Position numbers and translations under genes: made by a program. The notes beneath the pieces were generated by a model, which ran no database searches, had not been told where the DNA came from, and was given only the letters and a program-made list of their open reading frames with translations. Shown here piece after piece: positions 27,414-37,118 of a stretch of 64,000 nt of DNA; the stretch's first letter is position 1; each line of letters starts with the position of its first letter. This DNA comes from an uncultured bacterium (lineage in GTDB: Bacteria; Myxococcota_A; UBA9042; PHBI01): contig CALHXW010000060.1 of the NCBI GenBank assembly GCA_938040325.1, positions 9,080 through 73,079 of the forward strand, read 5' to 3'.

Positions 27414-29957
27414 ATGAACTCGCCCGCTACCTGCAACAGACACGTTCGCTCCCTGGCGATAGCGGTGGCTGTCACTGGAATGCTCGCCGGCTGCGAAGTG
27501 CCCGATGAGCCAGGCCCGTGCGACGGCCTCGACGAGGGCGCCGCCTGTGATGACGGCGATCCGTGCACCGACGGGGCGACCTGTTCGGCCGGCGTCTGTG
27601 GTGACGCGGTCCCGATCGACGGCTCAGGCTGCCTGCCGGTCGATGACTGCGCCTCGGCAAGCTGCGGCAACGGGACCTGCGTCGACGGCGACAATAGCTT
27701 CAGCTGCCTCTGCGACGAGGGCTGGACCGGCGACGACTGCGCTGTCGACATCGACGATTGCGCGGACGACCCGTGCGGCTTCGGGCAGTGCAGCGACCAA
27801 GTCGGCGGCTACCTTTGCGCCTGCGACCCAGGCTATGCGGGTGACGACTGCACCATCGACGTCGACGAGTGCGCCGACTCACCATGCGAAAACGGGAGCT
27901 GCGAGGACGACGTGGGGAGCTACGTCTGCACCTGCGATGCTGGCTGGATGGGCGACGACTGCGACGTGGCGGTCGATGGGTGCGCCGGCATCTCATGTGT
28001 CAACGGCACCTGCGTCACCAGCGCTGGCGCCGGCACGTGTGAGTGCGACCAGGGCTGGATGGGCGATGACTGCGGCACCGACATCGACGAGTGCGACGAT
28101 GATCCTGCTGTGTGCGACGTCAACGCGGTCTGCGCCAACACTGCTGGCGGGTTCTTGTGCGACTGCCTGCCGGGCTTCGAGGGGGACGGACAGAGCTGCG
28201 AGGACGTCGACGACTGCGCGGAGAGCCCGTGTGCCAACGGGACCTGCATCGACGCGGTCGACGGGTACACATGCGAGTGCGACGCGGGCTGGACGGGCAG
28301 CAACTGTGATGTCGACGTCGACGAGTGCACGCCCGACCCGTGCGCCTTTGGCCAGTGCAACAACCTCGCGGGCAGCTACCAGTGCACCTGCGACCCAGGC
28401 TGGGAGGGCATCAACTGTGATGTGGACATCGACGAGTGTGGCGCCGATCCGTGTGTGAACGGCGTGTGCGGCGACGCCCAGGGCGCCTACGTCTGCACCT
28501 GTGACCCAGGCTGGTCGGGCGTCGACTGTGACATCAACGTGGACGACTGCGTGGCCGCGGCGTGCGGAAACGGTGTCTGCGTGGATGGCGTCGACGGCTA
28601 CACCTGCAGCTGCAACCCTGGCTGGCAGGGTGCCGCGTGCGACGGCAACATCGACGACTGCGTTGGCAGTAGCTGCCTCAACGGCACGTGCGTCGACGGG
28701 ATCGAGAGCTACAGCTGCAGCTGTGATGCAGGCTGGACCGGCGACACATGCGCGACCAACGCCGACGACTGCGCGGCCAGTCCGTGCGCCAATGGCACAT
28801 GTCTCGACGGGGTCGGCAACTACACCTGCACCTGCGACGCGGGCTGGACCGGCGACAACTGCGATGTGGACATCGACGAGTGCGCCGCTGCGCCGTGTGC
28901 AAACGGAACCTGCATGGACGGCGTCGATAGCTACACCTGTGACTGTCAGCCGGGCTGGACGGGCGATGACTGCGACATCGACGTCGACGACTGCGCGTCT
29001 GCCCCTTGCCAAAACGGCGGGCAGTGCGTCGACCAAGTCAACGCCTACACCTGCATCTGCCCAGACGGCTGGATTGGCGACGACTGCGAGATCGACCGCA
29101 ACGAGTGCGGCCCTGCCCCGTGTGCCGCCGGCTTGTGCATCGACGGGATCAACAGCTACACGTGCGAGTGCCTCGATGGTTGGACCGGCACCGACTGCGA
29201 TGTGGACATCGACGAGTGCGCCAGCGGGACCGCCGGCTGCGACCCGGTCGCGTCGTGCATCAACACCGATGGAAGCTTCACCTGCGTCTGCCCGGCGGGC
29301 TATCACCCAACCCTCGACGGGTGCGTGCGGATCACGGCGTTCGTCTCGGGTCAGTCTTACTCGACGACCGAGCTCGGCGGTGTCGGAGGCGCAGACATGC
29401 GCTGTCAGCAAGAGGCTGCAGCAGCGGACCTCGTTGAGCCGACGAAGTGGCACGCCCTGCTCAGCAACTCTCGACGCTCAGCGCGACAACGGCACCTCAT
29501 CATGTTCCCGCTTGTGATGCCGGACGGAGGCGTGGTCTCACAGACGGAGGCCGGGCTGTGGGACGGCGACATCGACACCGACTTCGACACCAAGCCCAAT
29601 GGACAGGCGGTGTTTGACGGCGTCTGGACGGGCACGCGCGCCGACGGCTCGCGTGTCGTGATGCAGGGCGCCCAGCTGACGCACTGCGAGGACTGGACCG
29701 CGACGTCGGGGGCCACCAACTTGGGGCGCACGTTCGAGTCGAGCTACAAGTGGGCGGACCTCTACCAAGGGTCGACCCCGAGCAATGCCTGCACCAACAG
29801 CAGCCGAATCTACTGCGTTGCAGGCACCCTCTGTCCTGTTGGCGAGGGCGCTGTCGACGGCGCGTGCCAGCCGATTGCAGGGTATTGCGAGAGCACCGGC
29901 GACTGCACGAACGGGGAAGTCTGCGGCGCCAACCACCGCTGCGAGGTGCCGATCTGA
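27414..29957 (+). CDS. lipoprotein with about 16 (mostly calcium-binding) EGF-like domains and a C-terminal endostatin-like domain
   Basis: Start is the ATG at 27414 (GAGAGGA Shine-Dalgarno; …VAVTGMLAGC-EV lipobox). Repeats D[IV]D[ED]C…PC.NG.C.D…Y.C.C..GW.G..C occur about 16 times. The C-terminal 200 aa (…LGGVGGADMRCQQEAAAADL…WHALLSNS…VWTGTRADGSR…HCEDWTATSGATNLGRTFE…RIYCVA) align with human endostatin motifs (GADFQCFQQARAVGL…FRAFLSS…VWHGSDPNGRR…YCETWRTEAPSATGQASSL…IVLC). Confidence 0.8.
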   Translation: MNSPATCNRHVRSLAIAVAVTGMLAGCEVPDEPGPCDGLDEGAACDDGDPCTDGATCSAGVCGDAVPIDGSGCLPVDDCASASCGNGTCVDGDNSFSCLCDEGWTGDDCAVDIDDCADDPCGFGQCSDQVGGYLCACDPGYAGDDCTIDVDECADSPCENGSCEDDVGSYVCTCDAGWMGDDCDVAVDGCAGISCVNGTCVTSAGAGTCECDQGWMGDDCGTDIDECDDDPAVCDVNAVCANTAGGFLCDCLPGFEGDGQSCEDVDDCAESPCANGTCIDAVDGYTCECDAGWTGSNCDVDVDECTPDPCAFGQCNNLAGSYQCTCDPGWEGINCDVDIDECGADPCVNGVCGDAQGAYVCTCDPGWSGVDCDINVDDCVAAACGNGVCVDGVDGYTCSCNPGWQGAACDGNIDDCVGSSCLNGTCVDGIESYSCSCDAGWTGDTCATNADDCAASPCANGTCLDGVGNYTCTCDAGWTGDNCDVDIDECAAAPCANGTCMDGVDSYTCDCQPGWTGDDCDIDVDDCASAPCQNGGQCVDQVNAYTCICPDGWIGDDCEIDRNECGPAPCAAGLCIDGINSYTCECLDGWTGTDCDVDIDECASGTAGCDPVASCINTDGSFTCVCPAGYHPTLDGCVRITAFVSGQSYSTTELGGVGGADMRCQQEAAAADLVEPTKWHALLSNSRRSARQRHLIMFPLVMPDGGVVSQTEAGLWDGDIDTDFDTKPNGQAVFDGVWTGTRADGSRVVMQGAQLTHCEDWTATSGATNLGRTFESSYKWADLYQGSTPSNACTNSSRIYCVAGTLCPVGEGAVDGACQPIAGYCESTGDCTNGEVCGANHRCEVPI

Positions 29958-29976
29958 GGCGCGCGCGCGGTCGGGC

Positions 29977-31326
29977 TTAGAGACGTCGCAGCAACATGTG
30001 ACTGACGCGGCTTCGCCCTTTGGAGTCGCGGACGGTGTGAACGCGCTCGCACGCGAACTCGCGCTGCTCGAACCAGGCGCAGAGCGTCTTGACGTCGTAG
30101 CGACGGCTGTAGAGCATCGTGCAGACGCGGGTGCCTTCCTCGATGAGGAGGTCGTGGCAGAAGTTGTAAGACCCAGGCACTCGGGCAGCATCGTCGTCGT
30201 GCCGCACCCAGACGCGCATGTCGACGGAGCTCGGGCGGCGCCCCATCGCGGCTTCCCAACGGCGAAACGGCCCCTGCAACAGCAGACGCCGGTTCGCTTC
30301 CGCTGAGGTCTCGGCGCGCTGGCGGTTGGTCATGGAGTAGAGCGGGTCGCTGGTGATGGGGTCCATCATGGTCGCGACCTCCACCCACACGAGATCGCCA
30401 GGACGCGCCATGCGCCAGAGGCGCTCGCGGACAAAGCTGTCTTCGTCGCGCAGGTTTCCGAAGATGTTGCCGAGCAGGAGAATGAGCCGCAGGCCCCGGT
30501 CGCCGCTCGGGCGTGCCGTGCGCAGCTGCGACAGGAACGCGAGCGGTCCTTCCTCGAAGTCCGCGCAGGTCGGCGTCACAAGACCGCCGCCGCCGCCGAT
30601 CTCGCCGGCTGAGCTGCCGATCGCAGAGCGCCCGGCACTGCCTGCTCGTAGCAGGAGCGGAATCGACACGTCGACGGGCACAAAGGTCAGCCAGTCCAGC
30701 TGAGGCGTGGCGTCGAGCATCGCCCGGAGCACGGCGACTTCCTTGGCGCCATCGCCAACACCGAGCCCGACGAGGTCGAGTCCGCGTGCCCGTCCGCCGC
30801 GCGTTCCGTGACGCAGGGCAGCCGCGATCGGGCCCTTGGTGCCGCCGCGACCTGTGGCGGGGTCGAGCCAGGCACGTGCAGCCGCCAGTGTGCCGCGGAG
30901 CCAGGCACTCTGGTCGTAGCCACTTTGGATGAGGCTTAGCCAGGCGAGAGCGCCTTGGGGCTCGTAGTAGAGGAAGCGGTGGCCGGCATAGTCGAAGGTA
31001 ATGCGGTCACGAAACTGCCGCAGCAGCTCGTCGGGCCCGGCGCCCTCTTCAATGACGAGGGGGTGGAGCTTGGCGCCGCCGCTGCGCGACGCGAACTCGG
31101 CCCGGCGCTGAAGGCCGTCGATCTGGGCGTTGAGGTTGAGCTTGATGGCCTCGAGCGTCTGAGTCTTAAAGCTCGACACCGAGCCGCTGCGCCAGTTCGC
31201 CACATTGACCGGTACCACGTCGGCGAGCTGCGCCACCGCCTTGTCAGAGTCCATGCCGAGCGCTTCGGCAAGGGACAAGAAGAGCTGAACTACCTGACTC
31301 TGTGGGCCACTGGATCGTTTCGCCAT
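29977..31326 (-). CDS. EgtD-like (Methyltransf_33 family) SAM-dependent methyltransferase with N-terminal extension
   Basis: DLVGLGVGDGAKEVAVLRAML…FVPVDVS…RLILLLGNIFGNL…RPGDLVWVEV parallel EgtD TLVELGSGTSEKTRMLL…FVPFDVD…RLFVFLGSTIGNL…RPGDSLLLGT. Start is the ATG at 31326 (MAKRSS…); the ORF track extends it to 31458. Confidence 0.65.
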   Translation of the reverse strand: MAKRSSGPQSQVVQLFLSLAEALGMDSDKAVAQLADVVPVNVANWRSGSVSSFKTQTLEAIKLNLNAQIDGLQRRAEFASRSGGAKLHPLVIEEGAGPDELLRQFRDRITFDYAGHRFLYYEPQGALAWLSLIQSGYDQSAWLRGTLAAARAWLDPATGRGGTKGPIAAALRHGTRGGRARGLDLVGLGVGDGAKEVAVLRAMLDATPQLDWLTFVPVDVSIPLLLRAGSAGRSAIGSSAGEIGGGGGLVTPTCADFEEGPLAFLSQLRTARPSGDRGLRLILLLGNIFGNLRDEDSFVRERLWRMARPGDLVWVEVATMMDPITSDPLYSMTNRQRAETSAEANRRLLLQGPFRRWEAAMGRRPSSVDMRVWVRHDDDAARVPGSYNFCHDLLIEEGTRVCTMLYSRRYDVKTLCAWFEQREFACERVHTVRDSKGRSRVSHMLLRRL

Positions 31327-31508
31327 ATCCAAACCTATGACGGACGCGGCGGAAATCCTACGCCACATCCGGCTTTTTTTTGCACACGACACTTTCTTTG
31401 TCGGCCGGTGGGGATTTTTCGAGCGACGGCCGGTTTTTGCGACCTTGAGTGTGGACACGACGTGGGAGCTTTGGTCGGTCAGTCCGCCAAGATTCGCCGA
31501 GGAACTTC

Positions 31509-32153
31509 ATGACCGTCCGCCCCTTTGCTCCGCTCGTGTCCCCTGTCGCCAGAGTCGCGTGCGCCGCGGTGTTCGCCTCGCTCGTTGCTGCGAGCTGTGC
31601 CGATCCGCTCGACGCAGACGCGCCGCTGATGGAAGGCGAGGAGCCGAACGTTCCGGTCGTCGTGATCGGCGAGGGCGACGAACCAGTGGATGGCTCGGCG
31701 GACTCGGCAGTCTCCTATACGTTCGAGGTGGACCTGCGGGTTGCAGAGCAGCTCTATGTGATCGGCAGGTCACACTATGACGGCGCAGTTGAGGTCATCG
31801 TGCCGAGCGGCGAGGTCGAAGCGTTTGACGCGTGGTCGACCGACCGTGGCGTGGAAGTGACGGGACCAAATGCGAACTTCATTGCCGTCATGCAAGGCGA
31901 CAACGTCGACGCGATCGAGCAGGCGCTGGAGCTCACGATGACCAACGCCGGACCGGTCTGCGCCGCGTGTGGCTTTGACTGCCGCGTGCTCGCCCCCAAT
32001 GAAGTCGGCTGCCAGCCCATGTGTGACCAGTGCGATGCCCAAGCCGTGCTCGGCAACACGACGTCGATCGATGCGCCCGTGGACCCCTACGGACCGCATG
32101 CCCACGACGACGACCCCTACGGCGACTGCAACCCGCGCTTTGACTGCGACTAA
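31509..32153 (+). CDS. hypothetical lipoprotein, Cys-rich C-terminus
   Basis: The N-terminus is MTVRPFAPLVSPVARVACAAVFASLVAAS-C-AD. The C-terminus contains CAACGFDC…CQPMCDQCD…CNPRFDCD. Confidence 0.5.
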   Translation: MTVRPFAPLVSPVARVACAAVFASLVAASCADPLDADAPLMEGEEPNVPVVVIGEGDEPVDGSADSAVSYTFEVDLRVAEQLYVIGRSHYDGAVEVIVPSGEVEAFDAWSTDRGVEVTGPNANFIAVMQGDNVDAIEQALELTMTNAGPVCAACGFDCRVLAPNEVGCQPMCDQCDAQAVLGNTTSIDAPVDPYGPHAHDDDPYGDCNPRFDCD

Positions 32154-32389
32154 TCGACCCGTCGACCGTGGCGCGGCGCACCACGTCACAAGAGGACAGC
32201 GCGCAGACCATCCGTGCCGCGCAGCGGATTGACGGTCAGTGAATCGACGCCGACCACTAACTATACACCCCCGCGGAACGCCACAACCGATGAATCCCGG
32301 CGCCTTAGGCTGGATTCCGGACTTGGCATGGCCGTTGCTTAGCTCTCCTTCGTCCGCAGCGAACGCGGCCAACGAAAGGGAGAGCACCC

Positions 32390-34129
32390 ATGAGAACACG
32401 ACTTTGGATAGTGGCTGTGGCCGCGCTGGCTATGATGGCCTGTGGCGATGACGACTCGGGCAACGGCGGCGACAGCGGCAACGACTGGAACACGGCGGAC
32501 GCTACCAGCAGCTCGGATGCGGGTGGTACCTCCGACACCCAGCCGCCGCCCAGCGACACCAGCAGCGGCGGCGGCTGGGACACGGCCAGCGCGGACACCG
32601 CTGCAAGCTCTGATGCCGCCAGCTCTGACACCGCGGGCCCCGATCCCGGCACCCCGCCGCCCAACACCCAGGTGAACCTTGGTGGCGCCCAAGACTTCGG
32701 GTTCTTCCGCGCGGTTGTTGAGTCCGGCCAGGTGCCTAACCCCGAGGACATGGACGCCGGCGGCTTCTTCGCTGAGCACCACACCCCGCTGCCCGACCCT
32801 GTTTGTGGCGAAAAGATCTGCCTCCAGGCGATGCTCGGGCAGATGGGCAACCTCATGACGGGCGCCAACTGCACGCTCATTCAGGTGGGCCTGAACTCGA
32901 CCACCGTCGTTGACCCCAACGACCGCCCGCCGCTCAACCTTGTCGTCGTCGTGGATCTGTCCGGCTCGATGAACAACGGCAACAAGATCGACTTCGTCCG
33001 CGACGGGCTTCACAAGCTCGTCAACGAGCTCTCAGACGTAGACCATCTATCGATTGTCACCTATGCGACGACGGTCGACGTTCCCTTCGATATGCAGGCC
33101 GTCAAGAACAACCGCAACGAGCTCCACGACCTGGTCAGCAGCTTGAGCACGGGCGGCTCGACCAACCTCCACGATGGCCTCGAAGAGGGCTTTCAGGTCG
33201 CCATGGACGCCTACGACTCGGGTCGTCAGAACCGCGTCATCTTGCTCTCGGACGGCGTCCCGACGGTCGGCATTACCAACACCGACGAGATCCTTGAGAT
33301 GTCGGCTGGCTACAACTCTGACGGCATCGGCCTGACCACCGTTGGGCTCGGCACGGACTTCAGCGTCGACGTCATGCGCGGCCTGGCTGAGCAAGCCGAT
33401 GGCAACTTCTACTTCCTTGAGAACAGCGCCGCGGTCGACGAGGTCTTCACCGAAGAGCTCGCCTACTTCACCGTGCCCGTCGCGTTCGACGTCCGCTTGG
33501 ACGTCCACGCCGGCAATCACTACACCTTTGGCGCCGCCCACGGCTCGCACCTGTTCAAGACCAACGAGGAGGGCGGCACGCTGAGCGTCCCGAGCGTGTT
33601 CTTGGCCCATCGCCTTGCCCACGACGACGTCACCGACGGTGACGGTCGACGCGGCGGCGGCTCGGCGCTGCTCCTTGAGCTCATGCCGATGGCCGATGAC
33701 GGTAGCAACCTCACGGTCGGCCATGTCGCGACCGTCAGCCTCGAGTTCCGCGAGCCTGGCAGCAACGAGATCGTCACCGAAGAGATCACCATCGACTACC
33801 CGCGCGCGCCGTGGGAGACGCTCGTCACTGGCTTCTTCGACAACGCCATCGTCACGAAGAGCTTCGTGATGCTCAACATCTACGCATCGCTTGAGGAGGC
33901 CTGTCGCCTGCACCACGACGGCCAACCGCTCGAGGCGATGAACCTGCTGCTGCGCGTCATCGCGGCCGCATCCGACTACGAAGACGACGCCAACGACGGC
34001 GAGGGTGACATCGACATCCAGCTCGACATTGAGCTGATGGAGGACCTGGTCGGCGTCATCGAAGACGTGTCCGGAATCAACGAAGAGCCCGAGCCGATCA
34101 TCCCGGAAGATCCGTGGCCTAACGACTAG
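32390..34129 (+). CDS. vWA-domain lipoprotein with acidic Ser/Thr/Asp-rich linker
   Basis: A lipobox is present (LAMMAC-GDDD). The MIDAS motif LNLVVVVDLSGSMNNGNK is followed by …ILLSDGVPT…, a classic von Willebrand A fold signature. Confidence 0.7.
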   Translation: MRTRLWIVAVAALAMMACGDDDSGNGGDSGNDWNTADATSSSDAGGTSDTQPPPSDTSSGGGWDTASADTAASSDAASSDTAGPDPGTPPPNTQVNLGGAQDFGFFRAVVESGQVPNPEDMDAGGFFAEHHTPLPDPVCGEKICLQAMLGQMGNLMTGANCTLIQVGLNSTTVVDPNDRPPLNLVVVVDLSGSMNNGNKIDFVRDGLHKLVNELSDVDHLSIVTYATTVDVPFDMQAVKNNRNELHDLVSSLSTGGSTNLHDGLEEGFQVAMDAYDSGRQNRVILLSDGVPTVGITNTDEILEMSAGYNSDGIGLTTVGLGTDFSVDVMRGLAEQADGNFYFLENSAAVDEVFTEELAYFTVPVAFDVRLDVHAGNHYTFGAAHGSHLFKTNEEGGTLSVPSVFLAHRLAHDDVTDGDGRRGGGSALLLELMPMADDGSNLTVGHVATVSLEFREPGSNEIVTEEITIDYPRAPWETLVTGFFDNAIVTKSFVMLNIYASLEEACRLHHDGQPLEAMNLLLRVIAAASDYEDDANDGEGDIDIQLDIELMEDLVGVIEDVSGINEEPEPIIPEDPWPND

Positions 34130-34170
34130 ACCGGACTGGACTAGACTGGACTGGACTGGAACTGACTGGA
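34127..34170. repeat. (GGACT)n pentanucleotide microsatellite, about 8 units
   Basis: The run ggactggactagactggactggactggaactgactggagc lies directly after the stop of the vWA lipoprotein gene. Confidence 0.6.
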
Positions 34171-34483
34171 GCAGCGAACGCGTGGGGGCCGCCTGGATCG
34201 ACGTGGAATCGGGCCGTTGCTCGAGGAGCGAGGACCGAGCCTATCGGGATCAGCGACCGACGCTCGCGACGCTGAGCACCGCGCTCAATTCCGCGTCGAT
34301 CCAGGTGGCGTGACGAGCGGCTCCAGCTCAGCACAAACACCAACACCCTAAGGCGTCAGTACCCCAACAGGGCGCCGTTGCCGTCTCCTCGGGCAGTCAC
34401 CCGAGCGAGGCGGCTCCCTTTCTCTTGCCCCGTCCGTCACGCCGCCGCGCCTGAGAGACCGCCCCAGCGGCTCCTTTCGTGGT

Positions 34484-35491
34484 TCACTCAGCCGGCGTTG
34501 CCGCGCCGTCGGACGAGAGCAGCCGAAACGACGTGATGAAGCTCGTGGTCACGGCCTCGCGCGCTTTGTTGCCGTTCGGGTGGATGCCACCGATCGACAG
34601 CAGCGTCTTCGGTGGCCGCAACACGAAGAGCATCTCGCCGCTGACGGGGCCGAGCTTTTCCCCAAACTGCGGCGAGTGGGTGAACTTGATGCGGTGGGCG
34701 TGCAGCTTGCCGATCATCGACGGGCGGCTACTCAGCGTCTTTCCGGTGCCAACGATCGCCTTGGCGCCATCGAGCAGGGCCGCCTTGATGTCGACGCTGC
34801 CACGGGCTTCTTTGTCCAGCTCCGCCACGTCGACGGCGAGGATACCGGGCACGCCAGGCTTTGACAGGATGATGCGCTCGGACGGGAGGGGTCCGGTCTT
34901 CGCCTTGCTGCGCCTTGGCTCACCTGGCGCGCCGATCGAGAAGCCGAGGTCGCTGAAGGTGTGGCGCTTCCAGCCTTTGTTGAGTCCGGAGTCCGACGCG
35001 CGCTGCTTCGGTGTCGTGACGGCGGCGACGTTCTTGCCCTTCTTGGCGGGCAGCGTGCGGGCGATATCCGTCGGAAATGGAAACGACGTCTTGAGCTTGT
35101 GGCCGCTTGCCGCAAGTCGATACGTGGCGGCGACCTTGCCGCGAAACCCGTTGTCCAAGGTTGGACACGCTGACGCCCACTCGGGTGAGACCACGAACGT
35201 GTGGTCGTCGCCCGAGCGCTCGAACTGGTCGACGCTCAGCGCGATCTGACATACCGACGCGTCTTTGCCGCCGGTGAGCCCAGAGCCGACCGCCAAGATG
35301 TCGAGCGTCAACGTGCCGGGCGCTTCGAGTGAGGCGAACGTCGCGTCATGAACCGTCCCTCGGAAGCCAGAGCCCTCGAGGCTCAGGGAAAAGCCGTTGG
35401 GGGGCCCTGCTGAGTTGCAGGCCGGCCACGTCAGTGCCAGGGCGGCGACGGCGGCCCCAAACAACGAATGAGCATGAGGCAAGCGGGTCAT
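34484..35491 (-). CDS. hypothetical lipoprotein
   Basis: The signal/lipobox …AAVAALALTWPAC-NS is present. No recognised family. Confidence 0.5.
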   Translation of the reverse strand: MTRLPHAHSLFGAAVAALALTWPACNSAGPPNGFSLSLEGSGFRGTVHDATFASLEAPGTLTLDILAVGSGLTGGKDASVCQIALSVDQFERSGDDHTFVVSPEWASACPTLDNGFRGKVAATYRLAASGHKLKTSFPFPTDIARTLPAKKGKNVAAVTTPKQRASDSGLNKGWKRHTFSDLGFSIGAPGEPRRSKAKTGPLPSERIILSKPGVPGILAVDVAELDKEARGSVDIKAALLDGAKAIVGTGKTLSSRPSMIGKLHAHRIKFTHSPQFGEKLGPVSGEMLFVLRPPKTLLSIGGIHPNGNKAREAVTTSFITSFRLLSSDGAATPAE

Positions 35492-35685
35492 CGTGGCTCC
35501 ATGAGTCTGTAGACGTTGAGCTCCAACCTACGCGGATTCGCGTCGTTCTGAACACCCCAAAGGCCCCTCGAACGAACAACGACGCATTGTCTCGGCGAGC
35601 CTGATGCTCGCTGCGAATGGACCTGCGGGGGAAAAAAAGAGGCGCTCAAGAAGTTCTTGAGCGCCTCGTGACAACCGGACGGTGA

Positions 35686-35967
35686 CTACGGTGAGTCGGC
35701 CTCGATCTCCTTGAGCAACGCCTCGGCCTTAGCCTTGGCGTTGTCCTTTGTGATCTCCTTGTTGGCCGCCTCCACGAGCGCCTTCTTTTCTTCGGCCGTG
35801 ACCTCAACGCTCGGTGCCGCAGCGCCAGCGTTGGCAGCGCCAGTGGTGGCAGCCGCGCCGGCGGCTGCGGCCGGAGCTTTCTTGTCGTCTTTCTTGTCGC
35901 AGCCGCTGACCGAGAGGCTCAGTGCAGCACCGACCACAACAGCCGCTTGTAGGGTTCGCTTGATCAC
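35686..35967 (-). CDS. small Ala-rich lipoprotein
   Basis: A lipobox is present (…LSLSVSGC-DKKDDKK). It is 93 aa and overlaps the upstream gene by 4 nt (ATGA). Confidence 0.45.
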   Translation of the reverse strand: MIKRTLQAAVVVGAALSLSVSGCDKKDDKKAPAAAAGAAATTGAANAGAAAPSVEVTAEEKKALVEAANKEITKDNAKAKAEALLKEIEADSP

Positions 35968-36818
35968 TTCAGGTCTCCATTCTTTTCAATGCGTGCAAGT
36001 GCCGCCTTGTGGCGTGCTGTCTCTTTCGTTCGAAGGTCGGCGATCTTGGCGCTCATGTCTGCGACCGATCCGCCGCGCGCCAACGCCTCCAGGCGCTCGA
36101 TCTTGGCGATTCGCTGCGCGTGCTTTCGGTTCTCGCGCGCGAGGCGCTTCGCCGAGCCGGTCAGCGCAGCGGCGCGCGTTGCACCCTTGACCGCCTTCGC
36201 CTTGGCCCGAGTGTCGACGCGCTCGGCCTTGAGTGCCTTGCCCTTGCCCTTGAGCGCTCGCCCTTCGGCCTTGAGCCCGCGTGCATCCACCTTGAGCGCA
36301 CGACCCTCGGCCGTCAGCGCCTTGCCCTTGGCCTTGAGGCCTTTGCCCTCGACGCGCAGCGCACGCCCTTCCGCACGCATTGCCTTGCCGTCCGCACCAA
36401 GCGCGCGCCCCTCGGCGCGCATTGCCTTGCCTTTTGCCTTGAGCGCCTTGCCCTCAGCCTTGAGCGCCTTGCCCTCAGCCTTGAGTCCCTTGCCCTGAGC
36501 GCGAAGCTCCTTGGCTTCCGCGCGGTGCGCCTTCGCTTGGCCGCGGAGCTCCTTGCCGTCAGCTCGCTGCGCCTTGCGGTCAGCTCGGATCTCCTTGCGG
36601 ACTTCCTTCATGGCCTTCCGCTGGGCGCGCCCCGCCTTGCCGTGCTGGGGTCCCAAGCTCTTGCCCTTGTTGAGCATGTGCTTGGCCTTCTTGTGGCCGG
36701 TCTTCAGCGCGCCGTTGACCTCCGCCCCCGCGGGGGTTGGGGACTCAGCGAAGGCTGTCGGGGCACACAGGCCCACGACGCTCAGCGCCAACAACGTCGA
36801 TTTAACAGTTCGAAACAT
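35964..36818 (-). CDS. secreted, highly basic protein with about 14 tandem heptad repeats (K/R)AEG(K/R)AL
   Basis: A signal peptide is present (MFRTVKSTLLALSVVGLCAPTAFA). The run …AKELRAQGKGLKAEGKALKAEGKALKAKGKAMRAEGRALGADGKAMRAEGRAL… follows. It is encoded by 21-nt tandem DNA repeats at about 36180-36500. Confidence 0.6.
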   Translation of the reverse strand: MFRTVKSTLLALSVVGLCAPTAFAESPTPAGAEVNGALKTGHKKAKHMLNKGKSLGPQHGKAGRAQRKAMKEVRKEIRADRKAQRADGKELRGQAKAHRAEAKELRAQGKGLKAEGKALKAEGKALKAKGKAMRAEGRALGADGKAMRAEGRALRVEGKGLKAKGKALTAEGRALKVDARGLKAEGRALKGKGKALKAERVDTRAKAKAVKGATRAAALTGSAKRLARENRKHAQRIAKIERLEALARGGSVADMSAKIADLRTKETARHKAALARIEKNGDLK

Positions 36819-37118
36819 GATCTCTCCGAGGTGAATGTCTCTTTGGACCGTATCGTATTCGTATTCTGTTCAAAGGGGAACGGCGAAGACTCGTGACAAG
36901 CAACGGCTTAACGTAACGACACACGGAGCGTCTCTGGACCCGCTCCAGCCGCTTGCCGAGCCTGTCGCCTCTGGCAGGTGACTCGTCACCCAAGCTGCCG
37001 CTTGTGCCATGAGCCCGCGCGATCGGTCCGCCGGTTGCTGATCTAGCGCGTATACTGAGCCCCGCATCGGACTAAGACGCTAGGGCCAGGGTAGGCCAAC
37101 GACCACTCGACTCGAGCG

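Noticed and set aside
36960-37010. Candidate sigma-54 promoter on the minus strand upstream of the KA-repeat gene (TGGCAC-AAGCG-GCAGC)
   Set aside because: The GC of the -12 element is displaced by 1 nt from the strict GG-N10-GC spacing.
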